Source: a virus (Duplodnaviria > Caudoviricetes). From it: a stretch of 64,000 bases of DNA. Positions within the stretch are counted from its first letter, which is position 1. Every line of letters begins with the position of its first letter. The notes under the pieces are model-generated. The model was not told the DNA's origin. It worked only from the letters and a program-made list of their open reading frames with translations, and did not search any database. The stretch lies in IMG/VR virus record IMGVR_UViG_3300044557_000107, positions 1-64,000 of that record. One strand, written 5' to 3'. Both the position numbers and the translations under genes were made by a program. Positions 51,793 through 62,135 of this stretch are shown piece by piece.

Positions 51793-52845
51793 TTATTCAC
51801 CTCTCATAGCCTGTTCAAGACATTCTAAAGACTTATCAAGTAAACTACTATCAATTGACTTTACATAGTCCCTAACGGTGTCTAAGGGGCTCTCAATACG
51901 ATCCTCGTTAATTTCTAGTTCCTTGTGGTCACTTGTTGACTCTCTAATAAAACGAATATGATTACTTGTAAGGTCATCTAAAGAATCTAAAACGTCCTTA
52001 TCATCCTTAGTACCCGTAAATTTTACATAGTTACCCTCTTTAACCATTTTTTTGACTTCATCAATGTTAGTAGCGGTTAAAAACTGAGGGGCAACAGACT
52101 TTTCGAATGATTGTTTTAAAGTAAGGTTATCTTCATCAATATCTATAATGTCATATCCTTTATCCGAACCAGCGTCACTGAAAGAATTCTCAATTGTAGA
52201 TCCTCCATAAAACATGTTATCTGTTAGCGCTTGACGCATATGATAATGTCCTAAGTATACTAAATCAAATTTATCGGAGTACATATCAGCTATCTTAAAA
52301 GGGCCTTCAATTACTCGATTACCTACGCCTTTAGACCCATCAACGCCTAAATGAGCAATTAGAATATTAACTTTTTCTGTATCAAGTTCATCAGCCCACG
52401 ATCTAATTTGATCTTTCATAAGCTTGTTATTGTTGCTATATGGTAGACAATATAATTTAACCTTACTTGATAAATTAACTACTTGAGGAACTGAAGCTAC
52501 TCTTGAATTATCTAAAGTATCTAACAAATCAATAGATGCTGGGCTACCCATGGTTTCATTAATCGAGTCGTGATTACCTCGTAGAAATACTTTATTAACA
52601 TTAGAATACTTATTTAAAATTCTAAAAGTATTATTAAATGTAACAGTATCAACCTTCGTTCGATCATGAAATAAGTCTCCTCCAAAAATAACTGTTGCAT
52701 TCTCATTATTTGCCTTTTTATAAATAGTTTCTAGAACTTTAAGCTGGTTTTCGAAACGATCGGTTAATTTAGTATGTGGATCAACTGTAGAAAAATCAGT
52801 AAATCCAGAATTCATATGAATATCTGTATATAATATAAGCTTCAA
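51793..52845 (-). CDS. SbcD/Mre11-like (gp47-like) nuclease
   Basis: DIH, GGDLFH, GNHD, AH and GHYH motifs. Confidence 0.93.
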   Translation of the reverse strand: MKLILYTDIHMNSGFTDFSTVDPHTKLTDRFENQLKVLETIYKKANNENATVIFGGDLFHDRTKVDTVTFNNTFRILNKYSNVNKVFLRGNHDSINETMGSPASIDLLDTLDNSRVASVPQVVNLSSKVKLYCLPYSNNNKLMKDQIRSWADELDTEKVNILIAHLGVDGSKGVGNRVIEGPFKIADMYSDKFDLVYLGHYHMRQALTDNMFYGGSTIENSFSDAGSDKGYDIIDIDEDNLTLKQSFEKSVAPQFLTATNIDEVKKMVKEGNYVKFTGTKDDKDVLDSLDDLTSNHIRFIRESTSDHKELEINEDRIESPLDTVRDYVKSIDSSLLDKSLECLEQAMRGE

Positions 52846-52904
52846 TTTTAAGCCCCCTTCAGTTAACTAAAATAAGGATACCACTAAGGTATCCTTAAAG
52901 CAAA

Positions 52905-54419
52905 TTATACTCGTAGATCCTCTGGAATATTATTCCGTAATTCTGATAGTTCTTTCTCCGACTTTTTAAAGGCTTCTGGTTTATGCCCCTTATTCCCAAT
53001 ACTTGATAGCAAATTATCATGATTATCACTTTCATCAGGTGTCTCACATGAAATTCTAACAGTCTTGGTATTAACTTTAAATTTTAACATAGAGTTACGT
53101 TGAGGATCCTCAGTAGATTCCGGACGATTACGACTCTTATCTACATAAATACGCATAAACCCTTTAGAAAACTCTTCACTAGTCTGGTTGAGTGTTCCAC
53201 AAAATTCTACAGAGTTTAATTTCTCTTTAGAACCTTCAATACTTTGAACAGTTTTAATATCCTGAGTATACGCAGTCCGATTAGTTTGAGACACAACCCA
53301 AAGAACTACCTTATACCGATTAGCTACTGCTCGGAGTTCATGGTATAAGCGACCCATAGCTGAATATTCATTAATACCTTTACGCTCAAAAGGATTATTT
53401 AGTAATTCAGGATAGTCAATGACAACCACGTCCGGATATGCCCCATCTCGCCTTAAAGTATCATTCAAGACTCGTTCAATGTCTTTAGGAGTTAATTGAT
53501 AGGGTTCCTTTACCCACAAGCGAACATCTCCTACACGTTTCTCTTCATATGCTTTTTCCATGTACTTATTTAATTGCTTAAACTTTTCTTCGTCTAACTT
53601 AGGTTCTATTTTATTCCCATCATCGTCTTTGTCTTTATAATAGAAATGACGATTTTGGTTACTTAGCAAAGATAACATTTTATTTTCCATACGTGCCATG
53701 CGCTCTTCCAAAACAAAGTATAATACATGCTTCCCGTTAAGCACATAGTTAGTGGCCAAGTTCATTAATAACGTTGTCTTACCAGTTCCAGAAGGTGCCA
53801 CTAGCATACCCATTTCACCATATCCTAGTCCGCCATCGGTAACTTCGTCTAAGTTATCCCATCCTGTAGACAAAGAATTACCATAGGTTTCTTTAGCGTA
53901 CTCAATTCGAAGATCTTCGTCTTCTGGCTTAAACATGCTTAGAGTTTCACCAAGATCATCGTCATTCGTTACATGGGAAATTTCATCTAAGTCTTGAGCT
54001 AGTGATTCCAGGCCCTGTTGACTATTATCATTGTCTAAAATATATCGCTTAATTCGCTTAACAGTTAGCTGGTTATATAACCACTTCGTTGTTTCTTGTT
54101 CAATTAACTTAGTATTACTAAAATTTTCACCATTAGCTACTTGTACGATGTCATTAATATCCTGTACAAAATTCAAGTACAAGTCATCCGTATATTTACG
54201 CCGCTTTTTTAAATCTACGCTAATAGCTATTTTTAGCTCTTCACTGCTAATAGCACTATCATGACTCTGATAATGCTTTGTAATATACTTAGCTAAATCT
54301 AAATACTCTCCATAAATATCTTCTGTTAAAGGAACCTTAGAAAACCCTTTCGTCCCATAAGAAGTGTCAATTAAAGAACGATAAAATATTTGCTTTAATG
54401 TTTCTTCCAAATCATGCAC
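52905..54419 (-). CDS. DnaB-like (SF4) replicative helicase
   Basis: APSGTGKT, VVIDYPE, VSQTNR, DKSRN. Confidence 0.9.
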   Translation of the reverse strand: MHDLEETLKQIFYRSLIDTSYGTKGFSKVPLTEDIYGEYLDLAKYITKHYQSHDSAISSEELKIAISVDLKKRRKYTDDLYLNFVQDINDIVQVANGENFSNTKLIEQETTKWLYNQLTVKRIKRYILDNDNSQQGLESLAQDLDEISHVTNDDDLGETLSMFKPEDEDLRIEYAKETYGNSLSTGWDNLDEVTDGGLGYGEMGMLVAPSGTGKTTLLMNLATNYVLNGKHVLYFVLEERMARMENKMLSLLSNQNRHFYYKDKDDDGNKIEPKLDEEKFKQLNKYMEKAYEEKRVGDVRLWVKEPYQLTPKDIERVLNDTLRRDGAYPDVVVIDYPELLNNPFERKGINEYSAMGRLYHELRAVANRYKVVLWVVSQTNRTAYTQDIKTVQSIEGSKEKLNSVEFCGTLNQTSEEFSKGFMRIYVDKSRNRPESTEDPQRNSMLKFKVNTKTVRISCETPDESDNHDNLLSSIGNKGHKPEAFKKSEKELSELRNNIPEDLRV

Positions 54420-55159
54420 CCACTTCTATCTACTGTTAATTTACCTGTGTTTCCAATCTTTTGATAATTATTACATGTCCCAATAAACTTTGCAATAGAT
54501 ATAATTTCACTCCGAGTCTTATTAGATAGCTCCATTAGATCAAACCCATACAAATACTTTAAATATTGACCGATATTGTCTATTGTATAAGACCATAAAT
54601 TTGTAACTTCATGTTCTAATGTTGGAAATTGATTGATTATTTCTAATCCTCTTTCAATAACCGCTAATTGATCTTCACTAATGTAATCATAGTAGTTACT
54701 AATTAAATCTGGCGTAATTTTTTGAAAATCTCTGATACCATAGTATAGCTGGCATAGGCAATTAATTATAATAGATTCCGAACCAATAACTTTATTAAAA
54801 TTATTTAGCTGAGTAGAATTAGCTATCAAATACGACCAGACATTTAAGACCTTACTATCTAATAGTTTATCTAAATCAGGACCGCGGTTACTCTTATATG
54901 GAGTATATAAAGAGTAACAACTAAAGAGCGCATTAAAATATACTCTCGGATCCTTTGCTCCAATAACATAAGAAACCTCTTTGAACTTTTGAGCAACCTT
55001 TATGTTAGAACTAAGTTTAATCTTGTGACCAGTATAAATTATGGAGTACTCCTCAAATAGCCGCATTAAAGAATACCATTCATAATTATGTTTATCTAAT
55101 CTTAAAGAATCATTAGTAGTTAACGATGTATATTTTTTGATGTGCCCTTGATTAGTCAA
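54395..55159 (-). CDS. hypothetical replication-block protein
   Basis: 254-aa ORF between the two helicases. Confidence 0.65.
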   Translation of the reverse strand: MTNQGHIKKYTSLTTNDSLRLDKHNYEWYSLMRLFEEYSIIYTGHKIKLSSNIKVAQKFKEVSYVIGAKDPRVYFNALFSCYSLYTPYKSNRGPDLDKLLDSKVLNVWSYLIANSTQLNNFNKVIGSESIIINCLCQLYYGIRDFQKITPDLISNYYDYISEDQLAVIERGLEIINQFPTLEHEVTNLWSYTIDNIGQYLKYLYGFDLMELSNKTRSEIISIAKFIGTCNNYQKIGNTGKLTVDRSGCMIWKKH

Positions 55160-57387
55160 TTTGTCACCAGCTCCTTAACAAATACTACAGGGAACTTTTC
55201 AATTCCGTAAACCTCTTGGCGTTCTTTAGAATGCTTTTGAAGATAATCATTATTTCGATCATAGAAGTCAAATATTTTAGCCGTATTATCTCCTTCTTTC
55301 TTACGAAGCGCACGACCAATTCTCTGAACTACCTGTCTAAAGCTTTTCCCTGCTCCTGCTAATACTAGCACATTAAATCCAGATACGTCAAGTCCTTCAT
55401 CAAAGATACTTGTAGCAATAACTACTCGAAGTTTACCATCCCGAACTTGCTGAATATATTCTTTCCGGTACTTAATATCCTGAGTCCCATTTAAAAACTT
55501 ATTAGGGACTTGCTCGTCGTCTAAGTACTTTGAAAGAATTTCACCTTGTTCTGCATAATTAACAATAATCAAGATAATATTATTACCCGCATAAGCTCGC
55601 TTTGTTAAATAAGCAATCATTTTATTACGGTGCTCATTTTGAACAATCCCATACCGGTACGTATCCATCCAGTTTAGCTTAGCACCTTTTTGAGCAACCT
55701 CATCAGGTATATTAAACCCTTGTGTATTATTGATCGTATAAATTGTAGGCTTGGCAAGAATTCCTTCTTTAATTAGGCTTTCCGCATCCTTTTTTGCAAT
55801 GATTTCACCAAAAATAGCTTGAAGTCGCATCCACAATACCGGATCTCGCTGATCAACTGTGGCTGATAATCCAATATGATAGCGAGCATTATTACACTGG
55901 AGCAAGGATGTATACCATGTATCACTCTTGGTATGATGGCACTCATCTGCAAAATAAGCAACAATGGAATCTAGAAACTTATGAACAAATTGTTGCTTTT
56001 TCAGCTTGTCTCCAGCTTTGTCTTTTAAAACATCCAACCATTGGCTACTATACCGCTTAAAAAGATCCTGAACATCCTTATCAGAACCACAAGAATACAA
56101 GTCATCTTCTAAAGACTGCTTGATCCGCTGTTCAATTTTACTTTTAGGACTAAAGAACCTAATAAATGACTTAAATGCAGATAAAGCATTAGGATTGTCT
56201 ACAAACTGGGGTGCATAATTTAGAGCTATCTTTTTAAGTTCGGATTTCTTTCCGGATATTTTTAGTTTTGCCATTGGGTCTATTGCAAGTGCTGAGCTAA
56301 CCGTTGGTAGCATTACAACCATAACTTTAGATAGTTTACGTTTACTACCACCCCAGTACCCTACAGAAAGTCCAAGCCGGGTGCTTAAACGATCAATGGT
56401 TTGCTTATAAATCTCAGTTGAACCAGTAAAGAAAACAATACGTTCATCCTTTTGCAATTCTGGTAATAATTGCTTGATAAGTCCCGCGGCAATTTCCGTG
56501 TTATGATTAATGATACCATTAGCTACAAACGAATGTGTCTCGGGCATGCTTACATCATAAGTAAACTTATGACCAGCTGGGACTTTATTAATCACCTTTT
56601 CATATGCATACTGAGGGAGATCCCTAGCACTAATACCCTTGTAAGTAACTACTAAGTCATCTACCTCGATGTCCTTAGCTTGTACCCATGTTTGACCAGT
56701 GTTTCTACTTACTAGAAGCGGGTGATTTAGAGTAATCTCTTCATGCTTACCAGACTCTAACATGATATTAACAACTTCACGTTCGCCATTTCGAGTGAAC
56801 TGACCAATTTCTTCGAGCTTCCCATAACGGTTAACTAACTTTAGCGGTTTATTTGGCAGTATCGCCTTTGCATATCCGTCTAGTAGAATTCCTTGATCCT
56901 TGAAAATATCTTCAATAGTCTCATATCCATTTTCTGTAAGCAACTCTGTATCACTCGTCACACACTTTCCTGCGGCCGTTGCAAAATTCATAATACCATA
57001 GCCCTTTTCAAGACCGTTGAAGACTGCTCGCCGCTGATATGGCCGCAACGTGATTTCACTATTGGTATCCTGTAGTTTAATATCACTTGGAATATCATTA
57101 CCGTCTACAAATAAATCTGGTCGCTTGTCAAATGATTCAATACTATATCCATGGCTCATTAAAATCTGCTTAACTTTCTTAACAAGTCCTGTTGGAAACT
57201 CTTGCGTTTTAGCATTATAAAAATTAATAGAAGGATCGCCACCATGCTTAAACGCCCAGCTATACTGATAGTCCTTTGGTAATACTGAAAGTTCATCCGT
57301 TAAGATAGTTTCTATTTTCTTTTGAAGGTCCGCTTCAGTATCTTTAAATTTTATTTTAGTATATGAGGAGTCTATATATAACTTCAA
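55156..57387 (-). CDS. SF2 (UvsW-like) DNA helicase containing an intein
   Basis: LRPYQ, ATAAGK|intein|TE, DECHH, SAT, QRIGRALR. Confidence 0.93.
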   Translation of the reverse strand: MKLYIDSSYTKIKFKDTEADLQKKIETILTDELSVLPKDYQYSWAFKHGGDPSINFYNAKTQEFPTGLVKKVKQILMSHGYSIESFDKRPDLFVDGNDIPSDIKLQDTNSEITLRPYQRRAVFNGLEKGYGIMNFATAAGKCVTSDTELLTENGYETIEDIFKDQGILLDGYAKAILPNKPLKLVNRYGKLEEIGQFTRNGEREVVNIMLESGKHEEITLNHPLLVSRNTGQTWVQAKDIEVDDLVVTYKGISARDLPQYAYEKVINKVPAGHKFTYDVSMPETHSFVANGIINHNTEIAAGLIKQLLPELQKDERIVFFTGSTEIYKQTIDRLSTRLGLSVGYWGGSKRKLSKVMVVMLPTVSSALAIDPMAKLKISGKKSELKKIALNYAPQFVDNPNALSAFKSFIRFFSPKSKIEQRIKQSLEDDLYSCGSDKDVQDLFKRYSSQWLDVLKDKAGDKLKKQQFVHKFLDSIVAYFADECHHTKSDTWYTSLLQCNNARYHIGLSATVDQRDPVLWMRLQAIFGEIIAKKDAESLIKEGILAKPTIYTINNTQGFNIPDEVAQKGAKLNWMDTYRYGIVQNEHRNKMIAYLTKRAYAGNNIILIIVNYAEQGEILSKYLDDEQVPNKFLNGTQDIKYRKEYIQQVRDGKLRVVIATSIFDEGLDVSGFNVLVLAGAGKSFRQVVQRIGRALRKKEGDNTAKIFDFYDRNNDYLQKHSKERQEVYGIEKFPVVFVKELVTN
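56500..56964 (-). mobile_element. 155-aa mini-intein in the helicase Walker A motif
   Basis: Starts CVTSDT, block B TLNHPLL, ends FVANGIINHN followed by Thr; no homing endonuclease motifs. Confidence 0.92.
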
Positions 57388-57465
57388 AATTACACCTTCT
57401 AAATTTATTTTTTAAAATCTTTGCTAATTGACTTGTTATTCTGTTCTACTATGATATAATGATAG

Positions 57466-58124
57466 TACATATTTAAAAGAATAGCAAAAGAGTAATACGT
57501 TTTTGGCATACGTTACAATGTTGGGTCGCACCCACTAGCAAAAGGACTGGTTCATCTCTCGAGTCGCTCTCTGAATTAACCCATGAGAATATAGTAGTAT
57601 TCTTGCAGTCAACAACGGAATACCAATCCATCAGGATGAAAAACCCTGTAAAAGAGCGGGGGTAGCCTGTAGAGACTACCATGGAAACCATGAATTTAGT
57701 TATCATTCCCCAGATTGTAGTCTAGTGGGTTACACGAGTTACCACTTAAATAACAACTCACTACAACTGGTTGCGTGGGCATGGAGAGCATAATGAATGC
57801 CGTAATTCTTGACGATGTAAGCTAATTAATTGCTATTGTTGCAGTTCTTTAGTTAATAATTATTACATCTTAAATTACTTACGGGTGTTATCTGAGATAC
57901 TATCTTAAGAGACATATTAGCCTGCACTAGGTTAAGTGTCTTTTGAGATACTACAAGCACTAAAATAAAGGTTCTTAAGGTGATTATAGTCCATAAAATA
58001 TCCTAATAGTTCCTTTAAGGTACTAAAGTATCTAATATTGACAATTATAGTTTGCTTAAAAGTACATAATATTTATTCATAGAAATGAATATAAAAGAGG
58101 ACTCTAATATAGAAGTCCTCTTTT
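57466..58124 (+). ncRNA. candidate large structured RNA (~500-650 nt)
   Basis: Plus-strand promoter 57428-57460, terminator 58093-58124, many stems including long-range and pseudoknot pairings; G-U pairs favour the plus strand. Confidence 0.55.
58093..58124. terminator. bidirectional intrinsic terminator
   Basis: AAAAGAGGACT-N10-AGTCCTCTTTT. Confidence 0.85.
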
Positions 58125-58127
58125 ACT

Positions 58128-58331
58128 TTAATTGATATTATTAAGTTGGTCCTTAAGGTCTTGCTTAAGTTTCTTAACTTCTTCTAGTTCTTTATGAAGT
58201 TCTTGAGACTCTTTAATAATAGTATGCTTAGCTTTCCAAAGATCTTGGTCATGCTTTGTTGGAACATGGATAAAGGCAATTGCTCTTCCATGCTTATTAT
58301 ACTGTTTCTCCTGATATCCCATACATACCAC
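58128..58331 (-). CDS. small coiled-coil protein at the end of the tail operon
   Basis: Follows the adsorption protein, as in Twort-like phages. Confidence 0.65.
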   Translation of the reverse strand: MVCMGYQEKQYNKHGRAIAFIHVPTKHDQDLWKAKHTIIKESQELHKELEEVKKLKQDLKDQLNNIN

Positions 58332-58344
58332 ACTCCGTGTTACT

Positions 58345-61300
58345 TTATTCCTGTGTCATGATGCATTGAAGTGCTTTTACCCGCGGACGTTCATAACTGT
58401 TAGATGTGGATAAGTCTAAACGTATCTTGAATTGCTTACTCCAGTTATCGGTATTATCACCAGTTGCGGTGGTTTGAGTATAAGATACACCTGTCCAATC
58501 TCCTTGAGTAGTCGTTACAGGGTTCGCTGTAAATGCCGTCCATGTAGTACCACCATCCGTACTGTATTTTGGAACAACATTAGCAGTTGAAGGAGTTATC
58601 TGACCATACGTTACCTTTAGAGTATTATATGGACTTGCTGTCATATCAACATTGAGACCAATGTAGGAACCCGAAAGTCCATGCAAGAAAGCACCAAGGG
58701 ATAGATCTTCAGTACTCAGTAGTGGTGAAGAATACATAGAGGCATCAAAGGTTGCTTTTAATTGGAGTTGCTTAATTAGTCCATTTGCTTGAACTAACGT
58801 ATAATTTGATAATGCTATCCAAGGCAACGTTGTAATATCAGTATTAGATGCTGTACTAGAATAGATTGCGCGGTAGTACCAAGTAGCACCCGTATTATTT
58901 GGTGTTAAGTAAGTACTTAACAAGAGAAGACTATCTAAGTTAACGGTCATAGGCTTAAATAGAATAGTGGCTGATGAGTTATATTGAGCCGCGTAGATAT
59001 TAAACTTCAAATCAGAAGTTTGTTGCTCAGACCATGTATAGGCGTTAGAAGATTCAAACATCATTCCTGGAGTATAAGCATTCTGATTAAGTGTCCCTAC
59101 GTTGCCAATTAATGTTTCTCCTTGTTTAGCATAGTAAACGGAGTAATCATCAGAATTTGCTAATATTACGATACAATATTGTGTACCAGAGTCTAATCGG
59201 ATCATATCGTCAAAAGATACTTTAGTTTCTACAGAAGCATCTGATGATACACTAACTTGACTAGATGACAGAATTGCAGTTCCATAGATGGTTTCATTAG
59301 GAAATCCTGAAGTCATTCCACGTACTTGAACTTTAACACTGTCTGTGTTAGACTTAGAAGCGAAATAGAGTCCTAAGGACGTCATGTTGTAATACGTAGT
59401 AGGAACAAATGACTGAGCTAGAGGATCTGTAAAATGTGCGGTTACATAAGTCTTAAAGATAATATCTTCGACAGTCTTTTTAATCCCTTGAGCTTCATAA
59501 GGAGCCTCAGCAGAATCTGCATCATTGGTGAAGACAACTTCACGGGTACCACAAGGAACATTAGCTGGGATAACAAAAGTTCCTTGATATGATCCATCAG
59601 CGGCTACTTGAACTTGACCAGAACTATTAGCGGCGTTATAACCAGAACCGGCGGTAATTGGACAAGTTATTCCATAAAAAGTGATATAGAATCCCGTTGC
59701 ATTAGGAGTTAATCCAGTAGCTGAAAATGATAATGTACGAGAGCGAATATACTGTTCCATGGATTCGGTAGTCTGAGTACCACCAGCACTTAAAACAGTT
59801 CCTTGAAGATCTTGAATACCAAGGTTTGTTCCTTCTGTAAATTCAGTCCAGTTACCATTAACATAACTACTTGAATAAGAACTATTTGCAGTATTCCAAG
59901 TAGCATTTTGGACATACCATTCGGCATCTGATGAGTTTATATATCCCCCATGTTGCCACCAGCGATCAAGATAAATTGTCTTATACTGGTCTTCAGTAAC
60001 GGTAACATTGTCAGTATCAATCCAGTTATCAGAACTTGGTGTTAATACTAGCTTACCTTCTCGGGCTTGGTCATATGGATTGACATTTATTGTACTAGTA
60101 GCTTGAGTTTGCTTAATTACTGCGGTTTCCGTAAAGGGTGCCGTAATTAAAGTACTCGTTGTATCTAAGTTGGACTGAGTTAAGTCAAGTTCCGGAGTAA
60201 CATCGACTTGTGCAGTATACGGAAGAGTTAATTCTGCGTCATCGAAGCTCATAGCCGCATCCCAAATAGGATTAGTAGTATCTGCTTTGTCTAGGCTAAT
60301 AAAGCCATCAGAAAATACGCCTCGAAGACTTGTTGGATCTGTTGCATTATAAGATGCTTTATCAAGCATATTAATAGCTTCATTATACTCAATATTGTCT
60401 ACTCGGGTCTTTAGCTTTCCTAAGTCACTCATAGTTAAATTAGAGGTTACATAGACGTTAGAAGAACTATTAGATGAATTAGGGTATAATTCTACATACC
60501 CAATTTGAAGTACCGTACTATCAACTAAGTTAGGTGCCGCAACAGTATCTGCATTAGCTGGAGTCCCTGTATGAACAGTTAAGTTACCATCTTTATCAAT
60601 TGTGATAAGATCTTTACGGTATAAGTAGTATTCGTAAGTAGTCTGAATTAAGCTATTACTAATTAAGACACCACCTGTACTATCACCGGATCCTACAATT
60701 CCCATACCGGTAAAGTCAATATAAGTAACAGCCAAATCACCGGTTCCAGTAACGACCTTGTAGTCTGTATTTAAGACTAATGTTTTGTTGTATACATACG
60801 TAACCCGATAAGAAGTACCCGCAGTAGGATAACTTCCAGAAGCCTTCCAAGTAATACTAGTGTGATCGTTAGTGTAGTCGGTTCCAGCAGTATAAGTAAC
60901 ACCACTGGTACCTTCCGTAAATACTTTTTCGACGGTCAAGACATTACTATCGGGGAAAGTATCAGTTCCCCCAACAGTAGCTCCCCGAGTCATCGTTACA
61001 GTTTTACGAACCTGAGCTACAACGGTATCTACAGATTTAACTGCGGGATAGCTTAAATTGTACTTATAGGTTCCTGTAGTGTAGTAATTTCCTTCAGACT
61101 GTTCGGTAGCTGTAGTTAATGATTTATCTACAGCAATACGTGTAGGGTATTTCTTCTTTACTGGGTATCCTAACACGTAGGCATTTCCTGAATCTACGAT
61201 AATATCCACTTTATTTGTATTAGATGCGTTTTGTGCGGTGCTTAATCCAAATCCATTAGTACCTGAGCGGAAACTACCATTAGTATCATAACTCGTATTA

Positions 61301-61848
61301 GCAATCAGTTCTTGGACCTTACTAAGTTCCGTACTAATATTATTATTAACTAAAACACCGTCTTTAAACGTATAAATAGTTGCCGCGGTAGAATCATTTG
61401 CGACAAGACTAACAGTCTCTTGAAGTCGATCAGCCCCTAGAGACTGGTAAGCATCGGTACCAACTGCGGGATTCTTTAAACTAGGATCATCGTCTGCTGT
61501 AATGATGCTTTGAATTAATTTAACGCCTAGAGTTTCTGTTCCAGCTCCGGTGATTGACACCGTTTGTTCTGGAAAGTGACGACGCATGCCTCCAAGATAA
61601 ACGTCGCCTTCAGATACGGTAATGCTATTTCCAGATTGGGTATATCCCATTCCAGACTGTTTATCACCATCCGACATAACTGAATCTCCAACACCTTTAA
61701 TAGCATAATGGAGTTCAGATTGCATTTCATTTAATTCAGATGCTGATAGTTGTCGGTCAACGTTAAATAAAACCATGGTTCGATTATTACTAGAGTCATA
61801 ACGATCATAGTAAGGACTAACAGTTAAGTCAATGGTTGTGTCTGCCAA
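58345..61848 (-). CDS. adsorption-associated baseplate/tail protein (DUF4815-like)
   Basis: SPYYDRYD...VLFN.DR.L.ASELNEMQS, FSDGF, NVNPY, DPLAQSF. Confidence 0.88.
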   Translation of the reverse strand: MADTTIDLTVSPYYDRYDSSNNRTMVLFNVDRQLSASELNEMQSELHYAIKGVGDSVMSDGDKQSGMGYTQSGNSITVSEGDVYLGGMRRHFPEQTVSITGAGTETLGVKLIQSIITADDDPSLKNPAVGTDAYQSLGADRLQETVSLVANDSTAATIYTFKDGVLVNNNISTELSKVQELIANTSYDTNGSFRSGTNGFGLSTAQNASNTNKVDIIVDSGNAYVLGYPVKKKYPTRIAVDKSLTTATEQSEGNYYTTGTYKYNLSYPAVKSVDTVVAQVRKTVTMTRGATVGGTDTFPDSNVLTVEKVFTEGTSGVTYTAGTDYTNDHTSITWKASGSYPTAGTSYRVTYVYNKTLVLNTDYKVVTGTGDLAVTYIDFTGMGIVGSGDSTGGVLISNSLIQTTYEYYLYRKDLITIDKDGNLTVHTGTPANADTVAAPNLVDSTVLQIGYVELYPNSSNSSSNVYVTSNLTMSDLGKLKTRVDNIEYNEAINMLDKASYNATDPTSLRGVFSDGFISLDKADTTNPIWDAAMSFDDAELTLPYTAQVDVTPELDLTQSNLDTTSTLITAPFTETAVIKQTQATSTINVNPYDQAREGKLVLTPSSDNWIDTDNVTVTEDQYKTIYLDRWWQHGGYINSSDAEWYVQNATWNTANSSYSSSYVNGNWTEFTEGTNLGIQDLQGTVLSAGGTQTTESMEQYIRSRTLSFSATGLTPNATGFYITFYGITCPITAGSGYNAANSSGQVQVAADGSYQGTFVIPANVPCGTREVVFTNDADSAEAPYEAQGIKKTVEDIIFKTYVTAHFTDPLAQSFVPTTYYNMTSLGLYFASKSNTDSVKVQVRGMTSGFPNETIYGTAILSSSQVSVSSDASVETKVSFDDMIRLDSGTQYCIVILANSDDYSVYYAKQGETLIGNVGTLNQNAYTPGMMFESSNAYTWSEQQTSDLKFNIYAAQYNSSATILFKPMTVNLDSLLLLSTYLTPNNTGATWYYRAIYSSTASNTDITTLPWIALSNYTLVQANGLIKQLQLKATFDASMYSSPLLSTEDLSLGAFLHGLSGSYIGLNVDMTASPYNTLKVTYGQITPSTANVVPKYSTDGGTTWTAFTANPVTTTQGDWTGVSYTQTTATGDNTDNWSKQFKIRLDLSTSNSYERPRVKALQCIMTQE

Positions 61849-61874
61849 TTTATTAATACCTCTTTCTTTTTTAT

Positions 61875-62125
61875 AAATAAAAGTTGAGAAAACACGTTAC
61901 TTTAGTTGCGTGATGAATCAATTAGTGATATACTAAGAACTATAAAGAACTTAGGTAACCTTAGATGCGAAAACCAAGTATCTTAATAGGTTGCTTAAGT
62001 ATATTTAAGTAAACCAATATGGGTCGGGACGACCCTTAGTAAATAGCTGTAACCTCTAGGTACTTTAGGGTACCCAAGTATGCAGTGTTCCTAGAAGCTC
62101 GCTACTAAAGTAACGAGTGGTTCAC
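61875..62125 (+). mobile_element. 251-bp non-autonomous IS200/IS605 derivative D (omegaRNA cassette)
   Basis: TTTAT target 61870-61874, same architecture as C, ends TTCAC; opposite orientation to the flanking genes. Confidence 0.85.
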
Positions 62126-62135
62126 TTCCTTCTTT

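Noticed and set aside
57473-57706. 77-aa minus-strand ORF
   Set aside because: It has no RBS and atypical composition, and it overlaps the structured plus-strand region.
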